A stretch of DNA of 61,052 nucleotides from Bacteroidota bacterium (GTDB lineage: Bacteria > Bacteroidota > Rhodothermia > Rhodothermales > JAAAOL01). The notes under the pieces are model-generated. The model was not told the origin of the DNA and did no database searches. It saw nothing but the letters and a program-made list of their open reading frames with translations. The DNA lies in assembly GCA_009908885.1 (NCBI GenBank), contig JAAAOL010000315.1, forward strand, positions 1 through 61,052, read 5' to 3'. Position 1 is the stretch's first letter; each line of letters opens with the position of its first letter. Below, one piece after another: positions 26,157-36,412 of this stretch. The translations under genes and the position numbers were made by a program.

Positions 26157-27578
26157 TTACAGAATATACTGGCTGAGGTCGCGGTCCGTCGCGATGTCTT
26201 CCAGCTTCTCACGCACCATATCGGCATCGACGAGGACGGTGTCGTCGGTCACCTCATCCGGCACATTGAAGAGTACGTCTTCGAGCAGCGTCGTGAGGAT
26301 CGTCTGCAAACGCCGTGCGCCGATGTTCTCCACGTCTGCGTTGACTTCCGCAGCGGTCCGGGCGATCTCGCGCACCGCCTCGTCCGTAAATTCGACGTCC
26401 ACGTCTTCGGAGCGGAGCAGCGCCTGATACTGTTTGAGCAGCGCGTTTTTCGGCTTGGTCAGGATCTCGTAGAAGTCGTCCTTGTCCAGATTCGTCAGCT
26501 CGACCCGGATCGGGAAGCGGCCCTGCATCTCCGGGATGAGATCGCTGGGCTTGGCGACGTGAAAGGCGCCGCTGGCGATGAACAGGATATGGTCGGTGCG
26601 CACCATGCCGTGCTTCGTGGTTACGGTCGAGCCTTCCACGATGGGCAGCAGGTCGCGCTGTACGCCCTCGCGGGACACGTCCGGCCCGCCGCCGCCACTG
26701 CGACCGCGCCCGCCGGAGCCCGCGGCGACCTTGTCGATCTCGTCGATGAAGACGATGCCTGAGTTTTGCACCCGGTCGAGGGCATCCTGCTTCACCTCCT
26801 CCATGTCGATGAGCTTCTGCGCCTCCTCCTTGGTCAGCAAGTCGTGCGCCTCATCGACGGTGACGCGCCGCTTCTTTTGCTTGCTGCCGCCCAGGTTGCC
26901 GAAGAGTTCCTGCAGGTTCATGCCCATCTCCTCCATGCCCATCGGCCCGAAGACCTGAAGCATGGGCGAGCTGTCAGTGGAGGAGACCTCGACTTCCACC
27001 TCGCGGTCGTCCAACTTGCCCTCGCGCAGCATCTCCCGGAAGCGCTCGCGCGTGCGGTGTTCACGCTGCGCCTCTTCGTCGGAGTCGTCACCGTTGGTCA
27101 CTTCGACGAAGAAGCCCCGGCTGCCGCTCTGTTCTTTCTGCTTCTTGGGCGTCGACGCCGACGAGGGCAGGAGGAGGTCGAGCAGGCGCTCCTCGGCCAG
27201 CTCGCGGGCCCGGGCGCGCACCTCCTTTTCGTGCTCCTCGCGGACGAGGTTGACGGCGATGTCGGTCAGGTCGCGAATCATGCTCTCCACGTCCCGGCCG
27301 ACGTACCCGACCTCGGTGAACTTGGTGGCTTCCACCTTCATGAACGGCGCCTTGGCCAGGCGCGCGAGCCGACGGGCGATCTCCGTCTTGCCCACGCCGG
27401 TCGGGCCAATCATGATGATGTTGCTGGGCATGATCTCGTCCTGGATCTCCGGCGGCGCGTTGCGGCGGCGCCAGCGATTGCGCAGGGCGATGGCCACGGT
27501 GCGTTTCGCGTCATCCTGGCCGATGATGTATTTATCAAGTTCCGCGACAATTTCGCGGGGCGTCAGTTCGTCTGCCAT
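26157..27578 (-). CDS. hslU: ATP-dependent protease ATPase subunit HslU
   Basis: [33 protein letters not shown] and Walker [16 protein letters not shown]. Confidence 0.96.
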   Translation of the reverse strand: MADELTPREIVAELDKYIIGQDDAKRTVAIALRNRWRRRNAPPEIQDEIMPSNIIMIGPTGVGKTEIARRLARLAKAPFMKVEATKFTEVGYVGRDVESMIRDLTDIAVNLVREEHEKEVRARARELAEERLLDLLLPSSASTPKKQKEQSGSRGFFVEVTNGDDSDEEAQREHRTRERFREMLREGKLDDREVEVEVSSTDSSPMLQVFGPMGMEEMGMNLQELFGNLGGSKQKKRRVTVDEAHDLLTKEEAQKLIDMEEVKQDALDRVQNSGIVFIDEIDKVAAGSGGRGRSGGGGPDVSREGVQRDLLPIVEGSTVTTKHGMVRTDHILFIASGAFHVAKPSDLIPEMQGRFPIRVELTNLDKDDFYEILTKPKNALLKQYQALLRSEDVDVEFTDEAVREIARTAAEVNADVENIGARRLQTILTTLLEDVLFNVPDEVTDDTVLVDADMVREKLEDIATDRDLSQYIL

Positions 27579-27640
27579 GCGGAAAGCACCAGTGCGGTTC
27601 GATTACAAAAGGGAAGACGTGGCCAGGCGACGAGGGCGAA

Positions 27641-28699
27641 TTACGCGTCGCGGTCGTCGAATTCGTCGTCGTACAGGTCTTCGACGGAATGCTCGGCATC
27701 AGCCTCGGACTCGGCGTCGTCATACTCCTCGAAGTCGTCGTAATACCCGTCGCCCGGGTCCTCGTACTCGTCATACTCCTCGTCGTAGCTTTCGCCCTGC
27801 CGCTCGTAGTAGGCGCTCTGGACTTCCTGCACGTCCGGGTGCTCTACGTCGACGATGAGCACGGTGTAGTCGTACGGGAAGCCGCGCCGCTTTTCGAGCC
27901 ACACGGCACCGGCGTCTTCGAGTTCGCTGATGAGCGACTTGGGATCGAAGCGGTTTTCGTCGAGCACCTCGGAGAGCTTGCGCAGCAGCGGCGTCAGATA
28001 CACCTCTTCGTATTGCCCGAAGTGCTCCTCGATAACCTCCAGCGTCCGCCGGGGGCCGAAGCCCTCAAGCGGCATGTGCTCGACGGGCTCTGGTCGCTCC
28101 GGGGGCGTAGCAGACTCGCCGTTGTTGCGGGAATCGTCATATTTGACGGCCCGGCGCGAGTTTTCACTCAGCAGGTTGAGGGCGTCGAAGAAGACGTCAT
28201 CCTCGACGTATGGCAGGTTGTCGGTGGAGGGCGGGGGATTCAGCGACGCTACCAGGGCCAGCCGCCCATACCGTTTGAACTGTTGCACCACGGGCAGATA
28301 GGGCCGATCGCCCGTGACGAGGACGAACATCTGGATGTCCGGCCGATTGTGCACCGTGTCGATGGCGTCCACGCAGAGCTGAATCTCAGCGGCGTTGCGC
28401 TGCAGCGTGGCGGGGACGAAGCGGGTTTCGATGCCCTGCATGTACAGGGCGCGCTGGATATACTGGCCGTTGCCCTTCAGGTCGCTGAAGTCGGCATAGG
28501 CCGTCACTATTGCGGTCTGCGTCGCGTTTTCCTCTTGCAGGTAACGGCGCAGCTCGTCCAGCATCTCGGTGATGAGCTCGTCGGGATGGTCCCGCTGCCC
28601 CACGCGCTGGGCCATCTTGTAGTGCAGGTTTTCATAGTCGACGAAGACGGCGGCGCGTTGGGGGGGTGCCGATTCGGTGTCTGGATTTGAATAGCGCAT
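27641..28699 (-). CDS. NYN (LabA-like, PIN-fold) domain protein with polyacidic C-terminus
   Basis: AAVFVDYENLHY...AYADFS...QLCVDAIDTV...FVLVTGDRPYLPVVQ has the NYN/LabA acidic-residue pattern. The C-terminal 45 aa are almost entirely D/E/Y. A possible OST-HTH/LOTUS-like middle segment is inference only. Confidence 0.72.
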   Translation of the reverse strand: MRYSNPDTESAPPQRAAVFVDYENLHYKMAQRVGQRDHPDELITEMLDELRRYLQEENATQTAIVTAYADFSDLKGNGQYIQRALYMQGIETRFVPATLQRNAAEIQLCVDAIDTVHNRPDIQMFVLVTGDRPYLPVVQQFKRYGRLALVASLNPPPSTDNLPYVEDDVFFDALNLLSENSRRAVKYDDSRNNGESATPPERPEPVEHMPLEGFGPRRTLEVIEEHFGQYEEVYLTPLLRKLSEVLDENRFDPKSLISELEDAGAVWLEKRRGFPYDYTVLIVDVEHPDVQEVQSAYYERQGESYDEEYDEYEDPGDGYYDDFEEYDDAESEADAEHSVEDLYDDEFDDRDA

Positions 28700-28735
28700 T
28701 TGTCAGTCGTGATTAATCGAGAGAAAGAAAGGGGG

Positions 28736-29308
28736 TTAAGCTACGTCCTCACGCGCATCTATTTCGAGGACGGAGGTATGATGGTTGGTATAGATGCAAA
28801 TGTCAGCCGCGATCGATAGGGCTTCTTCGACAACCTCTTTAGCGCTTACGTCAGGCGCATGTTTCAGGATGGCCCGCGCCGCAGCCAGCGCAAAGGCCCC
28901 GCCCGAACCGATGGCGAGGATGTTGTCGTCCGGCTCGATGACGTCGCCGCTGCCGCTGATGAGCAGGAGGCGATCCGGCGCGCCGACGGCGAGGAGGGCC
29001 TCCAGGCGGCGCAGGTACCGGTCGGTGCGCCAGTCTTTGGCCAGTTCCACGGCAGAGCGCGTGACGTTACCGCCGTACTGCTGCAGCTTTTCTTCGAACC
29101 GTTCGAAGAGTGTAAAGGCGTCGGCAGTGGCGCCCGCAAAGCCTGCCAGGATGGTGTCGTTGTAGAGACGGCGCACCTTCTTGGCGTTATGCTTCATCAC
29201 CGTGTCGCCCATGGTGGCCTGCCCGTCCGAGCCGAGGGCCACCTTTCCGCCCACACGAATGCCGACGACCGTCGTACTGTGTAGCCGCGCAGAAGAAGAA
29301 TCTGTCAT
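28736..29308 (-). CDS. hslV: ATP-dependent protease subunit HslV
   Basis: [39 protein letters not shown]...[18 protein letters not shown]. About 11 residues precede the catalytic Thr (short propeptide or a misplaced start). Confidence 0.93.
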   Translation of the reverse strand: MTDSSSARLHSTTVVGIRVGGKVALGSDGQATMGDTVMKHNAKKVRRLYNDTILAGFAGATADAFTLFERFEEKLQQYGGNVTRSAVELAKDWRTDRYLRRLEALLAVGAPDRLLLISGSGDVIEPDDNILAIGSGGAFALAAARAILKHAPDVSAKEVVEEALSIAADICIYTNHHTSVLEIDAREDVA

Positions 29309-29515
29309 ATATCGAAACGCCCGGAATACACGGGCTGGATGATCAAATGCGTCGTGTCATAAGGCCTAAGTACACGTTGCAGCGGGTGTGCAGTTCGGGC
29401 ACCGACGATTTAATTCGACGGCCTTTCAAAATAGGCGGAATATCCACGGATGGCCGTTGGGGTCTGCTTCTGTCCCAGCCTTCGACGCTTCGAGAAAAGA
29501 AGCTAACCCTTCAAC

Positions 29516-29541
29516 CGTCCACCCTTCCATCCTTCCACCCC
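29516..29541. repeat. CGTCCA-N10-CTTCCACCCC motif, copy 1 (abuts the dacB stop codon)
   Basis: The same bipartite string with identical 10-nt spacing recurs at 52482-52507. Confidence 0.5.
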
Positions 29542-31041
29542 TTACGGCGTGTACTCCAGGATCAGCCGGACGATGCGGTCCTGCGCAGCCCGGACGCGTC
29601 GGACGTCGGACGTGTAATTGTTGCACAGGATCGAAAAGGCGTAGGAGGGACCTTCTGGAGGCGTCACGTACCCGCTGAGGCCGCTGACCTGCGTCAGGGT
29701 GCCCGTCTTCGCCCGGACGACCGCGCCAGCGGGTAGGTTGCTCAGGCGGTATGACAGCGTGCCGTCCTCGTCGGGGCGGGCCAGCGAAGCGAGGTAGGCG
29801 TCACGCACAGCCGCGTCCGGATGATTCCACAGGTGCTGAAGGAGCGTGGTCGTAGCACGCGGCGAGATCAGGTTATGGCGCGACAGGCCCGAGCCGTCCG
29901 CCATGACGAGGCGGCTCGTATCGACGGCCGCCGCCCCGAAGACCTCGCGCGCGGCGAGAGCACCCATCTCCGTAGAGCCGGACGCCACGTCCTCCGGCAC
30001 GTCGCCAGGAGGGTGCTCGATGCCCAATGTGCGCAGGACGTGCTCGGCGTACAGGTTGACGCTCTCTTTGTTGATGGCGGCGGCGATCTCAGCCAGCGGC
30101 GGGGACACGTGCGTCGCCACCACCTGCGTCTGTCCCGGCGCGTACGAGGGTTTGATCGACAGGTCGTCCACGTCCTGGATGGTCCCGTCCACGCTAATGC
30201 CCTCGTCGATCAGCACCTCGCGGAGGACGTGCGTCAGGTAGCGCGTCGGATTCGTCACGCTCAGAGTCTCCCGGTCCTGCCCGCCCGGTGGCACCTGGCT
30301 GGAGAGGCGAAAGCGATTCGTGCCGGGGTAGCGGTAGTGGCCTTCGTCCAGCGACGAGCCGGACGGGCCGGTCTGCGTGGCGTTTTCGAACGTGACGTAG
30401 CGTGTATCGATGGGCTCCCATGACAGCCGGGCAGGCGCGCCGGGCGTTTGCCCCTGCATCACCACGTCGACCACGTTCTCCCGGAACGCCAGCCCGCCGA
30501 GTTCGGCCGCCCAGTAGTACTGCAGGTCGCCCCAGGCCCAGTCCTTGCCGTAGGGCGTATCGTCGAACACATCGTCGTCGCCCACCAGGTCGCCCGCGAT
30601 ATGCTGAATGCCGAGGATCTTGAGGGAGTCGGCCCAGGCGCGGAGGGGCGCTACGGCGTCGTCCGGCCCGAGCCGACCGCCCAGCGTGGGATCGCCCGCG
30701 CCGCGAATGAGGACGTTGCCCTGGAGCGTGCCGTCCTGGACCGGGCCGTCGATGTAGACCTTCGTTTCGTACCGAAAATCCGGCCCCAGCCGATCCAGTG
30801 CGGCTGCCGTGGTATACAGCTTCATATTCGACGCCGGGACGAAGTTGCGGCCTCCTTGATGGGCGTACTGGGTGGAATCGTCTGAGAGACGGACGACGTG
30901 CACGCCCCAGAGGGCATCGGCGAAGATGGAGTCTTGCAGTACCTGATCGATGGCCTGGCCGAAGGAAGCAGGCTGCGCGAAGACCGGGGCGACGCCGAGC
31001 GTCAGGAGCAGGCAGCAGACGAGGGAACGAGCGAGGGACAT
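29542..31041 (-). CDS. dacB: D-alanyl-D-alanine carboxypeptidase/endopeptidase (PBP4, peptidase S13)
   Basis: Signal peptide MSLARSLVCCLLLTLGVAPVFAQP, SxxK motif PASNMKLYT, SxN motif GSGLSRHN, and KTG in RAKTGTL. Start at the internal ATG at 31041. Confidence 0.85.
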   Translation of the reverse strand: MSLARSLVCCLLLTLGVAPVFAQPASFGQAIDQVLQDSIFADALWGVHVVRLSDDSTQYAHQGGRNFVPASNMKLYTTAAALDRLGPDFRYETKVYIDGPVQDGTLQGNVLIRGAGDPTLGGRLGPDDAVAPLRAWADSLKILGIQHIAGDLVGDDDVFDDTPYGKDWAWGDLQYYWAAELGGLAFRENVVDVVMQGQTPGAPARLSWEPIDTRYVTFENATQTGPSGSSLDEGHYRYPGTNRFRLSSQVPPGGQDRETLSVTNPTRYLTHVLREVLIDEGISVDGTIQDVDDLSIKPSYAPGQTQVVATHVSPPLAEIAAAINKESVNLYAEHVLRTLGIEHPPGDVPEDVASGSTEMGALAAREVFGAAAVDTSRLVMADGSGLSRHNLISPRATTTLLQHLWNHPDAAVRDAYLASLARPDEDGTLSYRLSNLPAGAVVRAKTGTLTQVSGLSGYVTPPEGPSYAFSILCNNYTSDVRRVRAAQDRIVRLILEYTP

Positions 31042-31042
31042 G

Positions 31043-31870
31043 TCAGCGGACAGGCATCTCGGAGAATTGGGCGAGTTCAGGATCTTTCGTCTGCAAGATG
31101 ACGAAAGCTGCCGGTGCCACGTGGAGCGACACGAGCGGCGCGACGTACAGGTCCAGGGTGTTGCGGCCCACCTTGATCGCCACCGAGTCCACGCGGCCGA
31201 TCGGGTAGCCCTCCGGAAAGACGCTACTCTCGCCGCTGGTGACGACAAGTTGGCCCACCTCCACCGGCTCGGTCTTGACGATGTGTTCCAGCAGGAGTTG
31301 GGTCGGGTCGGTGCCGGGCCAGCGGAGGATGCCGGACGTCTGGAGGGGCTGCACCTTGGCGGGGACGCGGAAATCGGTATTGAGCAGCGGCATCACGCTG
31401 CTGTACGCATCACCGACGAGGATAACCTTGCCGAGGATGCCGCGCTCGGTAACCACCGCCATGCCGACCTCGACGCTATCTCGACGGCCGACGTTGAGCG
31501 TCACGTGGTTTTGCTGGCCGAAGAGGTCGCGCGCGACGATCCGTGCCGGGAGGAGCGGGAAGGAACTGCGCTGCTCGAACCGCAGCATCGAACGCAACTG
31601 CGCATTTTCGAGGCGGGCCTCCCGGGAGCGGGCTACCTCACTGGCCAGGGCGATGTTTTCGCGCCGAAGCTCCTGATTTTCGTTCAGCGCCCGGAAAAAC
31701 GTGCCTACCCACGCGAATCGCGCTTCGACGCTGCTCGTCCAGTCCAGAGTCAGCGCGCGCAGGGACCGCAGCACCGGCGTGTTGACCGAGAGCATGGTGC
31801 CGAACGAGATGACGACCAGCAGGACCAGCACGATCCAGTCGCGAAGGCGATCCCACAGGCGCTGGGGCAT
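31043..31870 (-). CDS. mreC: rod shape-determining protein MreC
   Basis: N-terminal TM, coiled-coil (NQELRRENIALASEV) and MreC beta domains, immediately downstream of mreB. Confidence 0.87.
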   Translation of the reverse strand: MPQRLWDRLRDWIVLVLLVVISFGTMLSVNTPVLRSLRALTLDWTSSVEARFAWVGTFFRALNENQELRRENIALASEVARSREARLENAQLRSMLRFEQRSSFPLLPARIVARDLFGQQNHVTLNVGRRDSVEVGMAVVTERGILGKVILVGDAYSSVMPLLNTDFRVPAKVQPLQTSGILRWPGTDPTQLLLEHIVKTEPVEVGQLVVTSGESSVFPEGYPIGRVDSVAIKVGRNTLDLYVAPLVSLHVAPAAFVILQTKDPELAQFSEMPVR

Positions 31871-31944
31871 GGCGGTCGATCAGCAATCAGGTGCGGGCGG
31901 GACGGAGATGTTGGCGTCGTGGAGATGGAACGCCAGCCCTCTGG

Positions 31945-32955
31945 CTACATCAGCACGCGCTTAAAGGACTCAATGTCTTCGAGCACTTTGCCCGTGCCGC
32001 GGACGACGGCCGTCAGCGGGTCTTCGGCGACGTAGACGGGCAGCTCGACGCGGTTGCGGATGTGCTTGTCGATGTCGCGCAGCATGGCGCCGCCGCCGGT
32101 CAGCATGATGCCGCGCTCCAGGATGTCGGAGCCTAGCTCCGGGGGCGTCCGCTCCAGGCAGCGCAAGACCGCGGCCGTAATCTGACTCACGGCGTCGCGC
32201 AAGGCCTCGCGGACGTCCTCGGACGAGATAGTGCGCACCTTCGGAATGCCGCTCACCAGGTCGCGCCCCTTGACGGACAGTTCCAGCTCGGGGTCCAATT
32301 CGGCGGCACTGCCGATCTCTCGCTTGATCCGCTCCGCCGTCCGGTGCCCGATCAGCAGGTTGTGGTTGCGCTTGAAATACTGAAGGATGGCGTTGTCCAG
32401 TTCGTCGCCGCCGACGCGGATCGACTCGTCGATCACGATGCCGGAGAGGGCGATGACGGCGATCTCGGTCGTTCCGCCGCCTACGTCTACGATCATATTG
32501 CCCACCGGCTCGCCCACGTTGAGGCCGATGCCGATCGCCGCCGCCATGGGCTCAGCAATCAGGTGGACCTGCTTGGCGCCAGCGTGCTCGGCGGAGTCGC
32601 GCACAGCCCGCTTCTCGACCTCCGTGATGCCGCTGGGGATGCAGACCACCATCTGCCGGATGGACATAAACCAGCTCTTCTGCACCTTCTGGATGAGGCC
32701 GCGGATCAGCTGTTCGGCCACTTCGAAGTCAGCGATCACGCCGTCCTTCAGCGGGCGGATCGTCTCGATGTCCTTGTGCGTCCGCTCGTGCATCTGCAAG
32801 GCCTCATGCCCGATGGCGATGGGCTTGCGCGTGTTGCGGTGCAACGCCACGATACTCGGCTCGTTCAGGACGATGCCTTTTCCCTTGATATAGATGAGCG
32901 TATTGGCCGTCCCGAGGTCGATCGCGACATCCGTAGAAAAGTTGAAAAGACCCAT
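31945..32955 (-). CDS. mreB: rod shape-determining protein MreB
   Basis: DVAIDLGTANTLIYIKGKGIVLNEPSIVA...DVGGGTTEIAVI. Confidence 0.97.
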   Translation of the reverse strand: MGLFNFSTDVAIDLGTANTLIYIKGKGIVLNEPSIVALHRNTRKPIAIGHEALQMHERTHKDIETIRPLKDGVIADFEVAEQLIRGLIQKVQKSWFMSIRQMVVCIPSGITEVEKRAVRDSAEHAGAKQVHLIAEPMAAAIGIGLNVGEPVGNMIVDVGGGTTEIAVIALSGIVIDESIRVGGDELDNAILQYFKRNHNLLIGHRTAERIKREIGSAAELDPELELSVKGRDLVSGIPKVRTISSEDVREALRDAVSQITAAVLRCLERTPPELGSDILERGIMLTGGGAMLRDIDKHIRNRVELPVYVAEDPLTAVVRGTGKVLEDIESFKRVLM

Positions 32956-33084
32956 GTAGGTGGCTAGTGTTACAGACGAGACATGGTGGGAGAGAACATA
33001 CCGAACGACTGCCGAAGCGAAGCGGAGGGACGCCGTTCTGTGGGAAAGTGCGTGGTCATGATAACATCTTGGATACTACGCAGA

Positions 33085-34692
33085 TCAGTGCCTAAAGTGC
33101 CGCTGGCCGGTAAATACCATCGCCACGTCGTGGGCGTCGGCGGCCTCGATGACTTCATCGTCCCGGATCGAGCCGCCAGGCTGGATGGCGGCCCGGGCCC
33201 CGCTGTCCGCCGCAGCCACGAGCCCATCGGCGAAGGGGAAGAAGGCATCCGAGGCGACGACCGAGCCGGTGAAGTCTAGCTCGGACTTCGCGCCTTTGGC
33301 CACGGCGAGCTCGGAAGCGTCGACGCGACTCATCTGGCCCGCCCCGATCCCCAGCGTAGCGCGGTCACGGGCGTAGACAATGGCGTTGCTCTTGACGTGC
33401 TTGCACACGCGCCAGGCGAAGTCCAGATCGTGCCATTCGGCCTCGGTCGGGCCGCGCTGGGTGACGACGGAGCACGCCGACCGAAGCTCGGCGGCGGGGG
33501 GCAGCACCGGGTCGCGGTCCTGAACGAGCACGCCGCCGATGATGGTACGGACGTCGGCGGCCTCGTCCTGGCGCGCCGGGGCGCGGTGCTCGATCAGGCG
33601 GCGATTCTTCTTCTGCATCAAGAGTTCCAGCACGCCGTCGTCGTACGCGGGGGCGATGATCAGCTCGGTGAAGATGGCGTCGATGGCTTCTGCCGTGGCG
33701 CGGTCCAGCGAGCGGTTAACTACGACGATCCCGCCGAACGGCGACTGCCGGTCCGTCGCGAAGGCGTTCTGGTAGGCCAGCTCCAGCGTCTCCGCCGTCG
33801 CGACGCCGCAGGGGTTCGTGTGCTTGAGGATGGCACAGGTCGGAGGCGCTTCCCGGAACTCGTCGATCAAGGCGAGCGCCGCGCTGAGGTCGATCAGGTT
33901 GTTGTACGACAGCGCCTTGCCGTGCAGCTTGCGGAAGTAGGTCTCAGGCGTGCCGTACAGCGCCGCCCGCTGGTGCGGATTCTCGCCGTAGCGGAGCGTC
34001 TGCACCTGTGGGGCGTGGATGTTGAGGGACGAAGGAAAGTCGTCGTCCGCCTCATCGGCCTCGGTCGCCTGGCCCGCGAAGTAATCCGTGATGGCCCGGT
34101 CGTAGGCCGCCGTGCGCTCAAAGGCCCGGTGCGCCAGCCTGCGCCGCAGGTTCATGGGCAACTGGCCGTCGTGGGCGTCCAGCGCGTCGGCCACGGCGTC
34201 GTATTGTGCCCTCGCCGTCACCACGCCGACGAAGTAAAAATTCTTTGCCGCCGCCCGCACCATCGCCGGTCCGCCGATGTCGATGTTCTCCAGCGCCTCG
34301 GCCTCGGTGACCTCCTCGCGCCCGGCGACCTCCTCGAAGGGGTAGAGGCTCGTCACGACCAGGTCGATCGCAGGAAAGCCGTGCTCGTCGAGATCACCCA
34401 GGTCGTCGGGATCGGTGCGTCGCGCCAGCAGGCCGCCGTGGATGGCCGGGTGCAGCGTTTTCACCCGTCCCCCGAGGATTTCCGGGACGCCTGTCACGTC
34501 CTGCACATCGGTCACGGGCAGCCCGGCCTCACGCAGCGTACGGGCCGTCCCGCCGGAGGAGATCAGCTCGACGCCGTGGGCCAGCAGCCGCTCGGCGAAG
34601 GGCACGAGATCGGTCTTGTCGAAGACGGAGAGCAGAGCGCGTCGGATGGGGCGCAGATCGTCAGGAGTGGGAAGGTCCTTGGCGTCAATCAT
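33085..34692 (-). CDS. purH: bifunctional AICAR formyltransferase / IMP cyclohydrolase
   Basis: [10 protein letters not shown]...ELISSGGTA...[11 protein letters not shown]...IQPGGSIRD. Confidence 0.97.
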   Translation of the reverse strand: MIDAKDLPTPDDLRPIRRALLSVFDKTDLVPFAERLLAHGVELISSGGTARTLREAGLPVTDVQDVTGVPEILGGRVKTLHPAIHGGLLARRTDPDDLGDLDEHGFPAIDLVVTSLYPFEEVAGREEVTEAEALENIDIGGPAMVRAAAKNFYFVGVVTARAQYDAVADALDAHDGQLPMNLRRRLAHRAFERTAAYDRAITDYFAGQATEADEADDDFPSSLNIHAPQVQTLRYGENPHQRAALYGTPETYFRKLHGKALSYNNLIDLSAALALIDEFREAPPTCAILKHTNPCGVATAETLELAYQNAFATDRQSPFGGIVVVNRSLDRATAEAIDAIFTELIIAPAYDDGVLELLMQKKNRRLIEHRAPARQDEAADVRTIIGGVLVQDRDPVLPPAAELRSACSVVTQRGPTEAEWHDLDFAWRVCKHVKSNAIVYARDRATLGIGAGQMSRVDASELAVAKGAKSELDFTGSVVASDAFFPFADGLVAAADSGARAAIQPGGSIRDDEVIEAADAHDVAMVFTGQRHFRH

Positions 34693-34719
34693 AGAACGAG
34701 GAGATTGGGAAATGTCGCG

Positions 34720-35382
34720 TTATTCGGTGGCGTCGTCGGTAGGAGGGAGGATCTGCACGCGGCGGCCATCGAGGCGCACGCGGTTTTCGGCGAAGAGCTG
34801 GAGCGCTTCGGGATAGATCGCGTGCTCGACCTTCAGCACGCGGGCGGCGAGCGTGTCTGGCGTGTCGTCGAAGCGCACGGGCACGGGGCGCTGCAGCACG
34901 ATCGGCCCGGTGTCGTACTGCTCGTCCACCAGATGCACCGTCGCCCCCGTCCACTGCACGCCATACGCGATGACGGCCTCGTGCACGCGCCGTCCGTACA
35001 TGCCTTTGCCCCCGAAGGCCGGGAGGAGGGCAGGATGGATGTTCACCATGCGCCCCCGAAAGGCGTCCACGACCGCTGCCGGGATCTTGCGCAAGTAGCC
35101 CGCCAGGGCGATGAAGGTGACATCGTGACCGGCCAGGGTATCCAGCACTGTCCGGGCATACGCGGCGCCGTCGTATGCCGTCGGGTCGAGGACGGCGGTC
35201 GGGATGGCGTGGGTCTCGGCCCGGTCCAGCGCACCCGCAGAAGCGGTGTTGCTGACGCACAGCGCCACCGACGCGTCCAGGCGGCCTGCGTCGATGGCAT
35301 CCAGCATGGACTGGAAGTTGGTGCCCCCGCCGGAGGCGAACACCGCCAGGCGCAGGGGAGCCACGGAGGCCGCGTCAGACAT
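34720..35382 (-). CDS. purN: phosphoribosylglycinamide formyltransferase
   Basis: LAVFASGGGTNFQSMLDA...MVNIHPALLPAFGG...GATVHLVDEQYDTGPI. Confidence 0.93.
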   Translation of the reverse strand: MSDAASVAPLRLAVFASGGGTNFQSMLDAIDAGRLDASVALCVSNTASAGALDRAETHAIPTAVLDPTAYDGAAYARTVLDTLAGHDVTFIALAGYLRKIPAAVVDAFRGRMVNIHPALLPAFGGKGMYGRRVHEAVIAYGVQWTGATVHLVDEQYDTGPIVLQRPVPVRFDDTPDTLAARVLKVEHAIYPEALQLFAENRVRLDGRRVQILPPTDDATE

Positions 35383-35461
35383 ATCGGGGCACGGGGGTGA
35401 AGGTGGTTCAGCGTCGCACCGAAAAAGCTATGCGTTCGGACCGTGCGTTCGGACGAAAACC

Positions 35462-36412
35462 TTACGAAGAAGCGGCTCGGACGATCGGTTCCAGGATGTC
35501 CAGCCTCGCGCCGCCGGCCTTCACGTCCAGACGGGCCTGGACGCCGACGGGGATCGGGGCTTTATCGGGCATGTGACCGTACGGAAGCCCGGTCGCGACG
35601 GGGTAGGGAGCATCCTGGAAGTAGTCGCGAAAGACGTCCTCGGGAGTGGGCGGGGAGGGGTCGTCGTCGCCCGTCCAGTCGGTGAAGCGCCCGAGGACGA
35701 CGCCTGCCAGGTGGTCGAGATGCCCGGCCAGGCGCAGATGCGCCAGCATGCGGTCCAGGCTGTACGGCCGCTCGTCCACGTCTTCCAGGAAGAGCAGCGC
35801 TCCGTCCAGCGAGGGCAGGTACGGGGTGCCGATCAGCCGCGTCAGGACCGACAAGTTGCCGCCCAGGAGGACGCCTTCTGCGGTGCCGGTCCGCATCGGG
35901 GACAGCGTCTCGTCGTGTGGTCCCAGGAGCGGCGCAGGCGTCGCCCCACCCGCGAGCTGCCACAGCAGCGCTACGCTCGCGGCGTCCATCGTCGTCCACT
36001 CTGCGACGAGGGCGCCCGAGATTCCCGGGAGTCCGGCTCGGGCAAACAGGGCCAGGTGCAGGGCGGTGATGTCACTGAAACCGATCAGGAGCGGTCGGTG
36101 CCTCCGGGCCGCTTCATAGTCGATGTGGGGGAGCAGCCGCAGCGCGCCGTACCCGCCCCGAGCGCACAAGATCGCCCGCACGTCGTCCCGGCGCAGCATT
36201 GCATTCAGCTCCTCCAGCCGCTCGTCGTCCGTTCCCGCGAGGTAGCCGGGGTGGTCCCAGGCGTCGCGGCTCCGGACGATGGAAAATCCGGCTGCCTGGA
36301 GCCTGGCGATGCCTTGCTCGACCACCTCGGCGTCACGCGGGGGACTGGAGGGCGCGATGACGGCGATGGTGTCGCCACGGTGAACCGGGCGCGGATGACG
36401 CACAGCGATCAT
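35462..36412 (-). CDS. LD-carboxypeptidase (peptidase S66, LdcA/MccF-like)
   Basis: GDTIAVIAPSSP...ARGGYGA...LIGFSDITALH (nucleophile Ser). Confidence 0.82.
   Translation of the reverse strand: MIAVRHPRPVHRGDTIAVIAPSSPPRDAEVVEQGIARLQAAGFSIVRSRDAWDHPGYLAGTDDERLEELNAMLRRDDVRAILCARGGYGALRLLPHIDYEAARRHRPLLIGFSDITALHLALFARAGLPGISGALVAEWTTMDAASVALLWQLAGGATPAPLLGPHDETLSPMRTGTAEGVLLGGNLSVLTRLIGTPYLPSLDGALLFLEDVDERPYSLDRMLAHLRLAGHLDHLAGVVLGRFTDWTGDDDPSPPTPEDVFRDYFQDAPYPVATGLPYGHMPDKAPIPVGVQARLDVKAGGARLDILEPIVRAASS

Noticed and set aside
33397-35400. 667-aa ORF spanning the antisense of purH and purN
   Set aside because: It crosses two independent, strongly conserved genes on the opposite strand and has no recognisable domain. 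Shadow ORF.
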